Below are positions 1-15,443 of a stretch of 64,000 bases of DNA, piece after piece. This DNA comes from Eledone cirrhosa (Eukaryota). The stretch spans positions 90,086,001-90,150,000 of the forward strand of contig OZ024744.1 in assembly GCA_964016885.1 (NCBI GenBank), given 5' to 3'. Position numbers and translations under genes: made by a program. Below the pieces are notes generated by a model, which was not told the DNA's origin, did not search any database, and saw only the letters and a list, made by a program, of their open reading frames with translations. Numbering within the stretch: the stretch's first letter is position 1; each line of letters begins with the position of its first letter.

Positions 1-1467
1 GATGTATTATGTTATCAGTATAGCAGCATGTAATAGTCACCATTTTAATAGTATAGTATTACTTTTAGCAGCGTGTAATATATAACCAGAATATGTAACA
101 ATGATGTTAAAGACAACATGTATAGTTCGTTGTAACAGAATTTATTAACAATGTTTAAGGTGAAAAGAGCTGGATTAAGCTTGTTTGGTTGGCATGCCAA
201 AAGAAATGAACAAACAAATTAAGATCTGTAAGAGAAGACACGGTCCAGTGGCTGAAGTGAGAAGCCAGGCCGCGGTAATGTTTTGTAGTTACATATTGGA
301 ATGATGTTTGCGGAGCAATAGCAAATGGTTCTTTACCTTAGCAAGGTCAAGTTGTAGGAGAGTTAATTTATTAAAAAAAGTGGGTATTTCTCCATTTTAG
401 GCGGAAGTTGAGATACATATCCTTACGCTGATAGCGATTGGATTAACTCAGACAAACAACGTACAGAAAGGGTTTCAAGCTTTGTTTGGAATCAAACGGG
501 AGTATGACTGTATCAGCTCGCTGGCCAAAATGGCCGGAGTGAGTATCTGTTGGCAACTACATCGTTCTGGTCGCTGGAACAAATTGAGTCGGACTGACTA
601 AAGGTCAGCAGGGAGCAGGCTATTTATGAGAATCCTGTTGTCGTTAACACTAAACAGATGGCCCTAAGAAAATTGTATTCTTCCAGACAGTTTAGCCACA
701 TGACTCTCCAAAATAAAGGAAAATACACCGGAAAATCGTTTATCTATGTCAGCGTCTGTGGTTGTATGATTAATATCGCAAACCGAGTTAACGATAGTTC
801 AAATCTTGTTGTGTAGATTTCGCTACAGTTCCAAAAAAAAAAGAGAGTGAGGGAAAAACAGGGAGAACAAACGCACACTCAATCAAACACTACAAGGGGT
901 ACTGGAATTTTCCGCTAATAATTTTTAGGCAATCGCAGCCTTACTGTGGGTGATAGCGAGGTTAAGGCACAAGAATAACAAAATACTCTCGGAGGACATC
1001 ACCTAAAAGCTCGGTAAAGCCAACAGCCAATAGTGGCTTGAACTTTGTTGTCAGCGGCCCAGCTCTTACCAACGTCTCGAACGCCACAGACTGAAGAAAA
1101 TATTTTGCCGATAATTTCTGGTATTTTACAATTTTATTCCATTTGGCTACGGATGCAACATTCAGGATGTTGGAAGAAGCAAAAGAATCGCTGACTGTTT
1201 ATGATTAACAAAAGCTTTTAAAAAACAACAATTGAAAATATATGTATGTGTGTTTGTTTTATGTTCGGCGACGTATCAGTTCGACAAAGAAAAAGACAAG
1301 ATCGATAAAATAAGTACCAGACGTGAAAAATAAAACTACTAGGTTCGATATAATCGATTAAAACTTTCAATGCGGTGCCCAAGCATTACCGTGGTGAGGT
1401 GACTGAAACCAGTAGAATTAAAGAACACACAAACACACACACTTAGCTATCTGTCTATAGTCGAAAT

Positions 1468-2400
1468 TTGCTTATGTTCCAAATGCTGCTGGCAGAATGG
1501 ACGACATGCGGCCCGGACACCTCAAAGATCTTATCTCGCCACACGCTGATGAGACAGGAGTACGATTACTCCAGTTGGTTACAGCTCTCACCAACTGTCT
1601 TCTCCGTGCTAACTTGCCCTGCCATGCCCACGATCTTTTCTTCTCAATAAGGCTGACCGCTCTGAGGAAGAATGATAGAGGCGCCCGCCCCATTGCAGTG
1701 GGTAACGTCTTCTGACGACTTGCAGCCTAGATAACTTGCAAGTCAGTCAAAGATGGTCTAAGCGAGGCGCTAAAACCTATTCAGCTCGCAGTGGGAATCA
1801 AGTGTGGAGGTGAGGCGGCAGTTTATGCAGCCAAACAATTTATAGAGCACTCCACCTTCTTATGAAGCTAGACATGTGAAACGCTTTCAACAGCATTAGG
1901 CGGGATCACATCTTAGAGACATGTCTCAGACGAACCCCCTCAATTTTCCCTTCCTGTTCACCTCCCGTACGGAAAACCCAGCACACTGATGGCCGCTGAC
2001 AATAAGGTTACTTCCGTTGCGAGTGTCCAGCAAGGTGATCCATTCGACCCGCTCCTCTTTGCGCTGGCAGTCGGCGAAGTTTCCCGCTGTTCCCGGGCGC
2101 CCCTCAACGTTAGGTACCTGGACGAGATAATGTGGTTAGGCTGAGTCGGTTGTTGAGGAAGTTCGGCTAATCATCCCAGCTCTAAAACTTCTCGGACTCG
2201 AGATCAACCCATCCAAGTCTGAGATCATAAACTTTAGCTACGGTAAGGCTGAATTTCACGATGCCATACTCAGCATCCATCCCGGCTTGCTTGGGACTCC
2301 TCTCACTCCCAAAGACGCCGCTTGCATTCCCAGCTCTCCAATTCTCTTGAAAGCCATACAAGAGTGCCCTTCCCAAATTCTTGTTCGCGTTGCGTGGTGC
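1468..2400 (+). mobile_element. Degenerate CRE-like (RLE-clade) non-LTR retrotransposon, RT region
   Basis: Frameshifted and stop-containing translation: GARPIAVGNVF, PIQLAVGIKCGGEAAV, KLDMxNAFNSIRR, VQQGDPFDPLLFALAV, RYLD. Confidence 0.8.
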
Positions 2401-2517
2401 GCCTTGTCACTCTCACGCAGATCACCTCGGTGAACTCGATGCCACTTTAGAAGTATTCTAGTTAATGATATCACCACCTAAACAATGTGTAAAATGATGT
2501 CGATGGACAATATGTTG

Positions 2518-2869
2518 TGTAGCGAGAGTACTGGGTTGTATGAATGTAACAAGGAATACATTGTTTGTGTAGATAATATTTAATTAACAATGGTAGATAG
2601 TATAGTTGACATGTCAAAGAAATAGATGATAGAATGAAACAAAGTTAGTCGTTACCGTTTTGATTGCCAGGCAAACGCGGCTGGCAGAGGACGCCTGGCT
2701 AAGGCCAGGCGCCGGAAGGCCAAATGAGAGGCTCTTGGCCTGGTGCCGAAAGGGCAATGAGAGGCAGAGAGATAAGAGCTATTCGTTTTATAGGACTCTG
2801 CCGGAAGTTACAGAAAGGGTTCTACTTCCCGTCTAGATGTTAATCCAAACAAGGGAGACAACCGCTACA
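2518..2869 (-). mobile_element. Solo LTR (Gypsy-like)
   Basis: Inverted termini TGTAGCG...CGCTACA flanked by a 4-bp direct repeat GTTG (2514-2517, 2870-2873). TATAAAA and ATTAAA on the minus strand. Confidence 0.65.
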
Positions 2870-2878
2870 GTTGTTTGT

Positions 2879-3960
2879 TGTAACAGGAAAGGTATGGTTT
2901 GTTATATCAATACATGTAAGTTGAATTAAGGTTCGGCTGTAAGTCTCAGGTTCTGTTGCTGCTGTGAATATGACTCTGGAAAGAATCTTTCCATGTCACA
3001 TTTAAAGGCAATGGCTGTGGTAAATAGCATCACAAGACTTTAGTATGTTTTACATAATTTATTAACAATGGTTAAGGTGAGAAGAGCTGGCACGCCAAAC
3101 AAATGAAACAAACAAAATTAAGGTTTCAGAAGACACGGTCTATTGGCTGAGGTGTTAGCCAAGCCGTGGTTACATTGTCGTGTTACATATTGGCTAGGTT
3201 GCGAGACAAAAGAAAAATGGTTGTTTACCTTACCACAGTTGAAGCACAATACAACGATTTCAACAAGAAAGTTTTTGATGGTGTGTTGACACAATACAAG
3301 AAAGGTTGCGTGTTGTTCTTTTTTTTTAAATACTGCTAATTCTTTTTAGAGGAATAATTCGTCCGAAAAAATTCCAATGGCGGGTCACCATTTTGACAGT
3401 ATATAAAATGATAATATTATGTCACCAGTATACCAGCAAGTAATAGTCACCAGTTTAGCTGTAGTGGTAAATATTATGCCATGAATAATAATAACAACCA
3501 CAATATGTAGTTTGTTGTAACAGGAAAGGTATAATTTATTAACAATGGTTAAGGTGAGAAGAGCTGGCACGCCAAACAAATGAAACGAACAAAATTAAGG
3601 TTCCAGAAGACACGGTCTATTCGTTGAGGTGTTGGCCAGGCCGTGGTGTCATTGTCGTGTTACATATTGGCTAGTTTGCGAGACAAAATAAAAATGGTTG
3701 TTTACCTTACCACAGTTGAAGCACAAAAAGAACTAGTTTATTAAAAGTCGCAGGAAAAGTCTCGGTTTGGATGGAAGTCGAAAATACATATCCGTGCGCC
3801 GCTAACGATTGGCCTGACTTAGCCAAATCACGCACGGACAGTGTATCAATGCGCCAAAGCAAAGTAGCTTTCTACACCACCATCCGACGCTGTGCAGAAC
3901 TCATCTGTAATGTTAGTTTTGACAGCGCCGGCTGGCAACAGGCGTAGCTCCAGTAAGGTT
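2879..3960. repeat. Tandemly duplicated LTR-retroelement-like remnant (units 2879-3250 and 3516-3960); diverged third copy at 131-about 600
   Basis: Shared aatttattaacaatggttaaggtgagaagagctgg...gaagacacggtc; TGTAACA...GTTACA-bounded segments; minus strand CFNCGKVNNHF gag-knuckle-like peptide; PBS-like TGGTGACCCG on the minus strand at 3381-3390. Confidence 0.45.
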
Positions 3961-4269
3961 TGGTGGCCTCGGCCTCCGATCCACTTCGGATCTGGCACTG
4001 CCGGCTTACCTCTCCTCAATCTCCTCCGGTAGCACCTTCATCAGCGAGATCCTCAGCATGATGGCCGGACCTGACGGGGGTCATAGAACTGGAGCAAACT
4101 CTGGCCGACTGGACTGACGAAGGCCTCTCTCTCTGCCCCCCCCCTCCCCGTATACAAATGTTCGAAGTAACTAAAACGACGTCATGTGCAGGTTTTCCTT
4201 CAGGCGGATCGAATCTGGCTTGGACCCACACCGCCTCGCTTGCCTCCGATCCGCTTCGCAGACAAACAA

Positions 4270-4920
4270 CAGTGTGTGAGTCAATTGGATGTCATCCTTG
4301 AGGATGAGTGCGCTTCATCAGAGTGACCCAAAGACTCGGCCTCCACTCGTGTGAACGACACAAATGTTGCTGTAGGGCTATCGTTGACGAGTTTGGCCAG
4401 CACCCACTGTCATGCCACCAGAGTGCAGGCTGGTTCCCCCGACAAGCCACTCTCAAAGACATAATGAGAAGGAGCCTCGACGCAGCCGGCTTCCAATCAC
4501 AACTGGAGCCAGCAGTAGGCCTCGGCCGGGGTGACGGTAAACGCCCCAACAAAATTACCCTCTTCCCATTCGAATGAGGTAAATCCCTCGTGTGGGACGC
4601 CACTTCCTGTAACACGTTCTCCGCTTCCAACTTAATCGCTTCGGCCACAAGCCCCTGTACTGAAGTCCTCATTGCAGAGGGCAGGAATAGAAGTGAATAC
4701 CAAGGCTTGTCCGGCCTCTTCCTCTTAGCACCCGTCACCGTCGAGAACTCAGGCATCCTCGGACGTCGTACTGCGGAGCTCCTCCACAAAATCGAAACGT
4801 CAGCACCCCCGTCTGAGAAAGGAACCCCGCGAGGTGGGGTGACTGTTGCAGCGGGTGTCGCTGACCTTTGTCCGCGGAAATACCTTTGCTGTTTTGCCAA
4901 CTGGGCGCAGCCGAAACACC
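4270..4920 (+). mobile_element. CRE-like retrotransposon C-terminal part (Cys/His knuckle plus restriction-like endonuclease)
   Basis: CCCRAIVDEFGQHPLSC, LEPAVGLGRGDGKRP, GKSLVWDAT, PVTVENSGILG match the pattern of RLE domains; probably the same element as 1468-2400. Confidence 0.78.
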
Positions 4921-5441
4921 GTCCTACCCTAAGCATAGCCTGTTACCCTCTCCCTTTCCTCCTCTCTTTCGTCTGTGGCCTAATAGTCTTTGCTTTTTCC
5001 CTCCTTTTCCTCTCATTTATGACATTTATAGTCCTTTCCTCTACAGCTAGATCTGCCCTTCTTTACCCCTTCCCTCCATTTTTTCCATTACTTAATTTTG
5101 TTTTATCTTTTTTTTTCATATTACCATCATTGTAGAACTTCTTTTTCTAAAATGTAGTTCACATATGTTTATGTATAACAGATAACAAAATAAAATTTTC
5201 GTTTTTAGTTTATTATAAACACTTCCGCTTTAGATCTCTTGCAAATTAGTTCCCTTTATGTGCAATTACATATATGTAGTTAAATATAAGCTATTATATA
5301 TATATATAGTTAAATATAAACAATTATGTATATATATAGTTATATATAAACAATTTTGTATATATAGTTAAATATAAACATTTGTGTTTATATAGTTAAA
5401 TGTAAACAATTATGTATATATATAGTTAAATACAATTATAT

Positions 5442-5470
<29 letters not shown>

Positions 5471-5473
<3 letters not shown>

Positions 5474-5539
5474 TAAAATAACAGATTAAAGTTTAAACAA
5501 AGAATCGCTGCTTTCACCCTTAACGGGATCTTCTGAAAC
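5471..5539 (-). mobile_element. Solo pLTR fragment of the same PLE family as 53720-56458
   Basis: Near-identical reverse complement of 56296-56364; abuts a (TA)n tract. Confidence 0.85.
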
Positions 5540-6674
5540 ATTATTAATAAATATATCAAATCCCGCCGAGGTTAACTTTGCCTTTCATCCTTACGGGGTC
5601 GATAAAATAAAGTACCAGTAATACACTGGGTCATTGCTGGCCTTGTGCCTAACGTAGAAACAATTATTAATAAATATATTATATACATATAATCTGTATG
5701 TGTGTGTGCTCACACATACCCATGTATGTGTAATCGAGAGAGAAATTTATTCAAAACATGTAGATTTCGTATATTGGAAGCTGATTATTCGCTCCATTTC
5801 CCGTTACTGTGATGTTCTTTAGAATATATTTATTAATTTTAATCTATCTTCACACTTAAGTGGGCTCGCAAAAAAAAAAAAAAAAAATACACTCTTGCAG
5901 CGATAACACTGCACCCAGTTTAATACTACTAGCTGCTCCTTTAACGGAGCCTTCTCTGTTACAAGCATTTTCTGTTAGGTATCTATTTTGAAGATATCTT
6001 CCTACTTCCCACCCCACCAGTCTTGGAAGCTCAGAAAAAGGTCATGGGCACTGAATTAAAAGCGAAAAAAAAATCGAACTGCTAGAAATGGGAGCGAAAT
6101 TCTTTCAAATAACCTTTTATTACTATATTTCTAATGAAAGATACTGCGTGTAGTTTTCAAATAATTTTGAAAATAATCAAGAATTTGGAAATATATCTAA
6201 CTTTCTTGCTATTAAGCTGGTGTATGTAACACATCTTAACAAAGCATTTTTCATTAAATTATGATTTTTAGATCAAATTATGCTTTTGATAAATATAAAC
6301 ACTTTTGAAATAAACGATTTTGTATCTTAGAACTGAGAACGATTTGGTATTAAAGGCGTTAAAGGAATGACACATTGCTAAATGTAGCACTGTTGCAAAC
6401 ATTTGGGTTTAGGTCTTGATTTGAGAATAACTTCCTCTTTCCTTCCTTCCTCTACAGCAGTATAGGAGACCTTGAAAAGGGCCATGGGAACTATGTTTTC
6501 CTCTCTTAACAAACAGTAAAAAAAAAAAATTCGATCGTCTAGAAATAGCGAAATTTTATTATATATATATATGAAACAGTTCTAGTCCTGTAGAAGCCAT
6601 TTCTATATTAAACATATACTGTACTATGTATTGAATACCTTACTTACTGTGGTTACCCCGATTGAACTCGGGAT

Positions 6675-6735
<61 letters not shown>

Positions 6736-6974
6736 ATATATATATATATGTGTGTGTGTGTGTGATATATATATATATATATATATATATAAACAGGGTG
6801 ATAAATATAGTCCGTGACGTGAAAAAGAAGAAAGGATGGTCACAGCTAGAAAGCTAGAATCTCTTGTTGTATCACAGATATGTAAGATCGGAGGTTGACC
6901 TAGGGCTAAACAACAACTTTTTTATTTTTTTTTTATTTCTTATAGCTATTTCCCATGACTTATTTATACAACAT

Positions 6975-7134
6975 ATGGGAATGGGTGCGCGCGCAGACGC
7001 AGCACAACTACTGCATCCTGATTGGCTGCAACGTTCTCCTGGTGGTGTGAGTGGTACATTTTACCAAAGATACGCCCTGCCGCTGTTCGCCAAGATACCG
7101 ACATCTCATTCTCAATTTACTTAGTGCACGCACT
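6975..7134 (+). promoter_or_regulatory. Putative septin promoter / 5' UTR
   Basis: CpG-containing non-repetitive island. Inverted CCAAT box CTGATTGGCT (about 7018-7027) and palindromic TGCGCGCGCA (about 6986-6995) lie 110-150 nt upstream of the candidate ATG. Confidence 0.5.
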
Positions 7135-7158
7135 ATGACAGCTGTAGAGTCTTTAATG
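7135..7158 (+). CDS. SEPT11: Septin candidate coding exon 1 (MTAVESLM)
   Basis: ATG in actATGa context, 8 codons, strong donor ATG|gtaaga. Phase 0 matches exon 2. Lies just downstream of a CCAAT/CpG-containing promoter-like island. A short phase-0 first exon resembles vertebrate SEPT6/11. Confidence 0.7.
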
Positions 7159-7283
7159 GTAAGACTATCTCTCAATCAATCTTTATTATATGTATATATA
7201 ATATATAAATATATGTATGTACAGACTATATTTGTATTAATTATATGTGATTTATATATATTTTCTCTATGCACACTTTATAA

Positions 7284-7319
<36 letters not shown>

Positions 7320-7478
7320 GAGTATATGTGTAATAGATATATAACGAAGGAAATGTGGTAAGGAACCAGATGGACCATAACGCACCAAAGTACTCAATAC
7401 TTAGGGTAGTAGAGTGGTAATAGGAACGGGTAGGACCCCGACGGCTAATTCTGGACTGAGTCCAGAATTACACGTTCC

Positions 7479-7513
<35 letters not shown>

Positions 7514-10500
7514 ATAGGAGAAAGTATGTCTCCTACGGCAGAGCTCAAGCCGTTTCGACGCCTATTTCGAAACGACTTGAGCTCTGCCTTCGGGGTCGTA
7601 CTTTCTCCTATTACCCACTCTACTAACCTAAGTATTGAGTAATTCTGGTGCATTATGCTCCATCTGTTTCCTTACCACAACTCCGTTATATATATATATA
7701 TATGAGTATATGACTATATATATGTGTCTAAATATGTGTGTGTATATGTATATGAATATATGTGTTTATGTATATGAATATATGTGTGTATATGAATACA
7801 TGTGCATATATATATGAGTATATGTGTATATATAAGTATATATGTATATATGTATATATAAGTATATATGTATATATATGTATATATAAGTATATATGTA
7901 TATATATGTATATATAAGTATATATGTATATATAAGTATATATGTATATATAAGTATATATGTATATATAAGTATATATGTATATATAAGTATATATGTA
8001 TATATAAGTATATATGTATATATAAGTATATATGTATATATAAGTATATATGTATATATAAGTATATATGTATATATAAGTATATATGTATATATAAGTA
8101 TATATGTATATATATGTATATATGAGTATATATATATGAGTATATATATATATGTATATATGAGTATATATATATATGTATATATGAGTATATATATATA
8201 TGTATATATGAGTATATATATATATGTATATATGAGTATATATATATATGTATATATGAGTATATATATGTATATATGAGTATATGTATATATGAGTATA
8301 TATATATATTAGTATATATATATGTATATATGAGTATATATATATGTATATGAGTATATATGTATATATGAGTATGTATATATGAGTATATATATATGTA
8401 TATGAGTATATATGTATATATGAGTATGTATATATGTGTGTATATGAATACATGTGCATATATATATGAGTATATATACTTATATATACATATATACTTA
8501 TATATACATATATACTTATATATACACCCCGTCCCACCACCACAACCCCCACCCCATCCACACCACCCCGTTCTATGTAAAGTTATGTTGGTGCCGCGCC
8601 ATCCAGGCCGAAACAAATGAGATCGTGTAGGTGTCACGACAAAAAAACACACAGTCCACGCTGTAATGTGGCCGTGTAGGCAACACGGTAAAAACCTCCC
8701 AGACCCACACTGTAAATGTGGTTGGTGTTAGGAAGGGCATCCAACTGTAGAAAACCTGCCAGACAGTCCTATGCGAGCAAGAAAATCACTCTTGCCTCAA
8801 GTGGGACTACCCCCGTCCAAACCCATGCAAGCGTGGAACACGGACGTTAAACGTTGATGATGATGATGATGAGTATATATATATGAGTATATATGAGTAT
8901 ATATGTATATATGAGTATATATGTATATATGAGTATATATGTATATATGAGTATATATATATATATGTAAATGTGGTTGGTGTTAGGAAGGGCATCCAAC
9001 TGTAGAAAACCTGCCAGACAGTCCTATGCGAGCAAGACAATCACTCTTGCCTCAAGTGGGACTACCCCCGTCCAAACCCATGCAAGCGTGGAACACGGAC
9101 GTTAAACGTTGATGATGATGATGATGATGATATGTGTGTGTGTGTGATATATATATATATATATGAGTATATATATATATATGAGTATATATGGATATAT
9201 GAGTATATATATTTATGTATATATGAGTATGTATATATGAGTATATGTATATGAGTATATATTTATATGTAAGTATATGTATATATGAGTGTATGTATAT
9301 ATAAGTATGTATATATGTGTATATGTATATATGAGTATATATATATATGTGTATATATATATGTATATATGAGTATATATATGTGTATATATATATATGT
9401 ATATATGAGTATATATATGTGTATATATATATATGTATATATGTGTATATATATATATGTATATATGAGTATATATATATATGTATATATGAGTATATAT
9501 ATATGTATATATGAGTATATATATGAGTATATATGAGTATATATATGAGTATATATGAGTATATATATGAGTATATATGAGTATATATATGAGTATATAT
9601 GAGTATATATATATGTATATATGAGTATATATATATGTATATATGAGTATATATATATGTATATATGAGTATATATATATGTATATATGAGTATATATAT
9701 ATGTATATATGAGTATATATATATGTATATATGAGTATATATATGTGTATATGTATATATGAGTATATATATGTGTATGTGTATATGTATATATGAGTAT
9801 ATATATGTGTATATGTATATGTATATATGAGTATATATATGTGTATATATATATATGTATATATGAGTATATATATGTGTATATATATATATGTATATAT
9901 GTGTATATATGTATATATGAGTATAAGTATATATGAGTATACATATGTGTATATATGTATATGAGTATAAGTATATATGAGTATACATATGTGTATATAT
10001 GTGTATATATGAGTATACATGTGTATATATGAGTATACATATGTGTATATATGTGTATATGTGTATATATATGTATATATGAGTATATATATGTAAAAAT
10101 GTGTATATATGAGTATATATGTATATATGAGTATATATATATGTATATATATATGTATATGTGAGTATATATATATGTATATGTGAGTATATATATATGT
10201 ATATGTGAGTATATATATATGTATATGTGAGTATATATATATGTATATGTGAGTATATATATATGTATATATATGTATATATATATGTATATATATGTAT
10301 ATATATATGTATATATGAGTATATATGAGTATATATATGTATTTATGAGTATATATATGTATTTATGAGTATATATATGTATTTATGAGTATATATATGT
10401 ATATATGAGTATATGTATATATGAGTATATATGTATATATGAGTATATATGTATATATGAGTATATATGTATATGTATATATGTATATGAGTATATATGT

Positions 10501-11772
10501 ATATGAGTATATATGTATATATGAGTATATATGTATATATGAGTATATATGTATATATGAGTATATCATCATCATCATTCATCATCATCATCATCGTTTA
10601 ACGTCCATGTTCCATGCTTGCATGGGTTTGGACGGGAGTTTTCCCACTTGAGGCAAGAGTGGTTGTCTTGCTCGCATAGGACTGTCTGGCGGGTTTTCTA
10701 CAGTTGGATGCCCTTCCTAACACCAATCACATTTACAGTGTGGGACTGGGACGTTTTTACCGTGTTGCCTACACGGTCACATTACAGCGTGGACTGTGTG
10801 TTTTTTTTTTTTCGTGACACCTACACGATCTCATTTGTTTCGGCCTGGATTTTGTGGCACCAACATAACTTTACATTGAAAGGGGCGGTGTGGATGGGGT
10901 GGGAGTGATGGGACGGGGGGTGTATTTTGTTAGAGATGCCTACTGACTGTAGTAGGTTTTACTATGTATTTAGGTAACGCGGGTCTTCTCTGTTACTGAG
11001 TACCGCCAAAGGTCTCGGTCCAGTGACATTGTCTTGGAGAGGTGTAAGTGTGTGAGGTCGGAATTTATCAGCTCGTCCCAGGTTTATATATATTTATATA
11101 TGGGTATTTATGTATATATGAATATATATGTATGTATGGGTATTTATGTATATATATGTATATGTATTTATGAGTATATATATATATGACTATGAGTATA
11201 TATGTATATGTCTATATATGTATATATGTATATGTATATGACTATATATATATATGTATATATGACTATATATATATGTATATATGACTATATATATATG
11301 TATATATGACTATATATATATGTATATATGACTATATATATATGTATATATGACTGTATATATATATGTATATATGACTGTATATGTGACTGTGTATATA
11401 TATATATGTATATATGACTAGATATATATATGACTATATATGTATGTATGAGTATGTGTATATATATATGTATGTATATATGAGTATGTGTATATATATA
11501 TATGTATATATGAGTATGTGTATATATATGTATATATGAGTGTGTATATATATATATATGTATATATGAGTATGTGTATATATATATATGTATATATGAG
11601 TATGTGTATATATATATGTATATATGAGTGTGTATATATATATATGTATATATGAGTATGTGTATATATATATGTATATATGAGTGTATATATATATATA
11701 TATGTATATATGAGTATGTGTATATATATATGTATATATGAGTGTATATATATATATATGTATATATGAGTA

Positions 11773-11823
<51 letters not shown>

Positions 11824-12124
11824 GAGTATGTGTATATATATATATATGAGTATGTGTATATATATATATATGAGTATGTGTATATATATATATATGAGTA
11901 TGTGTATATATATATATATGAGTATGTGTATATATATATATATGAGTATGTATGTGTATATATATATATATGAGTATGTATATATATATATATATGAGTA
12001 TGTATATATATATATATGTATATATGAGTATGTATATATATATATATGTATATATGAGTATGTGTGTATATATATATATGTATATATGAGTATGTGTATA
12101 TATATATATATATGTATATATGAG

Positions 12125-12158
<34 letters not shown>

Positions 12159-13211
12159 AGTATGTGTATATATATATATGTATATATGAGTATGTGTATA
12201 TATATATATATATATATGTATATATGAGTATGTGTATATATATATATATGTATATATGAGTATGTGTATATATATATATGTATGTATGAGTATGTGTATA
12301 TATATGTATATATGAGTATGTGTATATATATATATATGTGAGTATGTGTATATATATATATATGTATATATGAGTATGTGTATATATATGTATATATGAG
12401 TATGTGTATATATATGTATATATGAGTATGTGTATATATATGTATATATGAGTATGTGTATATATATGTATATATGAGTATGTGTATATATATGTATATA
12501 TGAGTATGTATATATATATATATGTATATATGAGTATGTATATATATATATATGTATATATGAGTATGTATATATATATATATGTATATATGAGTATGTG
12601 TATATATATATATATGTATATATGAGTATGTGTATATATATATATATGTATATATGAGTATGTGTATATATATATATATGTATATATGAGTATGTGTATA
12701 TATATATATATGTATATATGAGTATGTGTATATATATATATATGTATATATGAGTATGTGTATATATATATATATGTATATATGAGTGTGTATATATATA
12801 TATATGTATATATGAGTATGTGTATATATATATATATGTATATATGAGTATGTGTATATATATATATATGTATATATGAGTATGTGTATATATATAGATG
12901 TATATATGAGTATGTGTATATATATATATATGTATATATGAGTATGTGTATATATATATATATGTATATATGAGTATGTGTATATATATATATATGTATA
13001 TATGAGTATGTGTATATATATATATATGTATATATGAGTATGTGTATATATATAGATGTATATATGAGTATGTGTATATATATAGATGTATATATGAGTA
13101 TGTGTATATATATAGATGTATATATGAGTGCGTGTATATATATATATATATAGATGTATATATGAGTGTGTATATATATGTATATATATATATATATAGA
13201 TGTATATATGA

Positions 13212-13246
<35 letters not shown>

Positions 13247-13257
13247 TGTATATATGA

Positions 13258-13316
<59 letters not shown>

Positions 13317-13498
13317 TGTATATATGAGTGTATATATATATATATATGTATATATGAGTATGTGTATATATATAGATGTGTATGAGTATGTGTATATATA
13401 TATATATATGTATATGAGTATGTGTATATATATGTATATGAGTATGTGTATATATATATATATATGTATATGAGTATGTGTATATATATGTATATGAG

Positions 13499-13529
<31 letters not shown>

Positions 13530-14644
13530 GAGTATGTGTATATATATATATGTATATGAGTATGTGTATATATATATGTATATGAGTATGTGTATATATA
13601 TATGTATATGAGTATGTGTATATATATATGTATATGAGTATGTGTATATATATATGTATATGAGTATGTGTATATATATGTATGAGTATGTGTATATATA
13701 TATGTATGTGTGTATATATATATGTATGTGTGTATATATATATGTATGTGTATATATATATATATATGTGTATATATATATATGTGTATATATATATATA
13801 TGTGTATATATGTATATATATATATGTGTATATATATATATATGTGTATATATGTATATATATATATGTGTATATATATATATATATGTGTATATATATA
13901 TATATATGTGTATATATATATATATATGTGTATATATATATATATATGTGTATATATATATATGTGTGTGTATATATATATGTATATATGAGTGTGTATA
14001 TATATATATGTATATATGAGTGTGTATATATATATATGTATATATGAGTGTGTATATATATATATGTATATATGAGTGTGTATATATATATATGTATATA
14101 TGAGTGTGTATATATATATGTATATATGAGTGTGTATATATATATGTATATATGAGTGTGTATATATATATATGTATATATGAGTGTGTATATATATATG
14201 TATATATGAGTGTGTATATATATATGTATATATGAGTATGTGTATATATGTATATATGAGTATGTGTATATATGTGTATATGAGTGTGTATATATGTATA
14301 TATGAGTATGTGTGTGTGTATATATATATATATATGTATATATGAGTATGTGTATATATATGTATATATGTGTATATATATGTATGTATGAGTATGTGTA
14401 TATATATATGAGTATGTGTATATATATATAAGTATGTGTATATATATATATATATATGTATGTATGTGTATATATATATATATATGTATGTATGTGTATA
14501 TATATGTATATATGAGTATGTGTATATATATGTATATATGAGTATGTGTATATATATGTATATATGAGTATGTGTATATATATGTATATATGAGTATGTG
14601 TATATATATGTATATATGAGTATGTGTATATATATGTATATATG

Positions 14645-14706
<62 letters not shown>

Positions 14707-15402
14707 AGGCGCATGGCTTAGTGGTTAGATCATTTGGGCTTGCAATCGAAAGGTTGTGAGTTCAATTCGCTGACCGGCTGATGTGTTGTTTCCTCGAGCA
14801 AGACACTTTATTTCACGTTGCTCCAGTTTACTCAGCTGTAGAAATGATAGGACTGGGTCCCTATCATTCCACTGCAAAGTGGTCGTGGAGGTGCCACAGT
14901 AAAAAAGCACCCAGCACTTACTGTAAATGAGGTTGGTGTTAGGAAGGGCATCCAGCTGTAGAAATCAAGCCTGAATCAGTTCCCGTCCCACCCTTGCAAG
15001 CATGGAAAAGTGGACGTAAAATGATGATGACATATATACTCATATATACATATACTCATATATATATGAGTATATATGTTATTAATTCTGGCAATATCAT
15101 ATCAACAATATGACCCTCACCTGAGTATATATGTATATATATATATGAGTATATGTATTTACATATGAGTATATATGTATGTATGTATGTGTATATATGT
15201 ATATATGAGTGTATATGTATATATGAGTATATGTATATACTAGTATATATACATATATACATGTGTGTATATATGAGTATATATATATGTGTATATATGA
15301 GTATATGTGTATATATATGTATATATGAGTATATGTGTATATATATGTATATATGAGTATATGTGCATATATGAGTATGTGTATATATATATGTATATAT
15401 GA

Positions 15403-15443
<41 letters not shown>

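Noticed and set aside
4292-4936. 214-aa minus-strand ORF
   Set aside because: Antisense shadow of the GC-richer CRE-like endonuclease region.
7830-14640. Regularly spaced GAGTAT/AAGTAT units as a CRISPR-like array
   Set aside because: Spacers are themselves TA repeats, the context is eukaryotic, and no cas genes are present.
14706-14785. tRNA gene
   Set aside because: A and B boxes are present, but no intact cloverleaf is evident and it runs directly into the SINE body.
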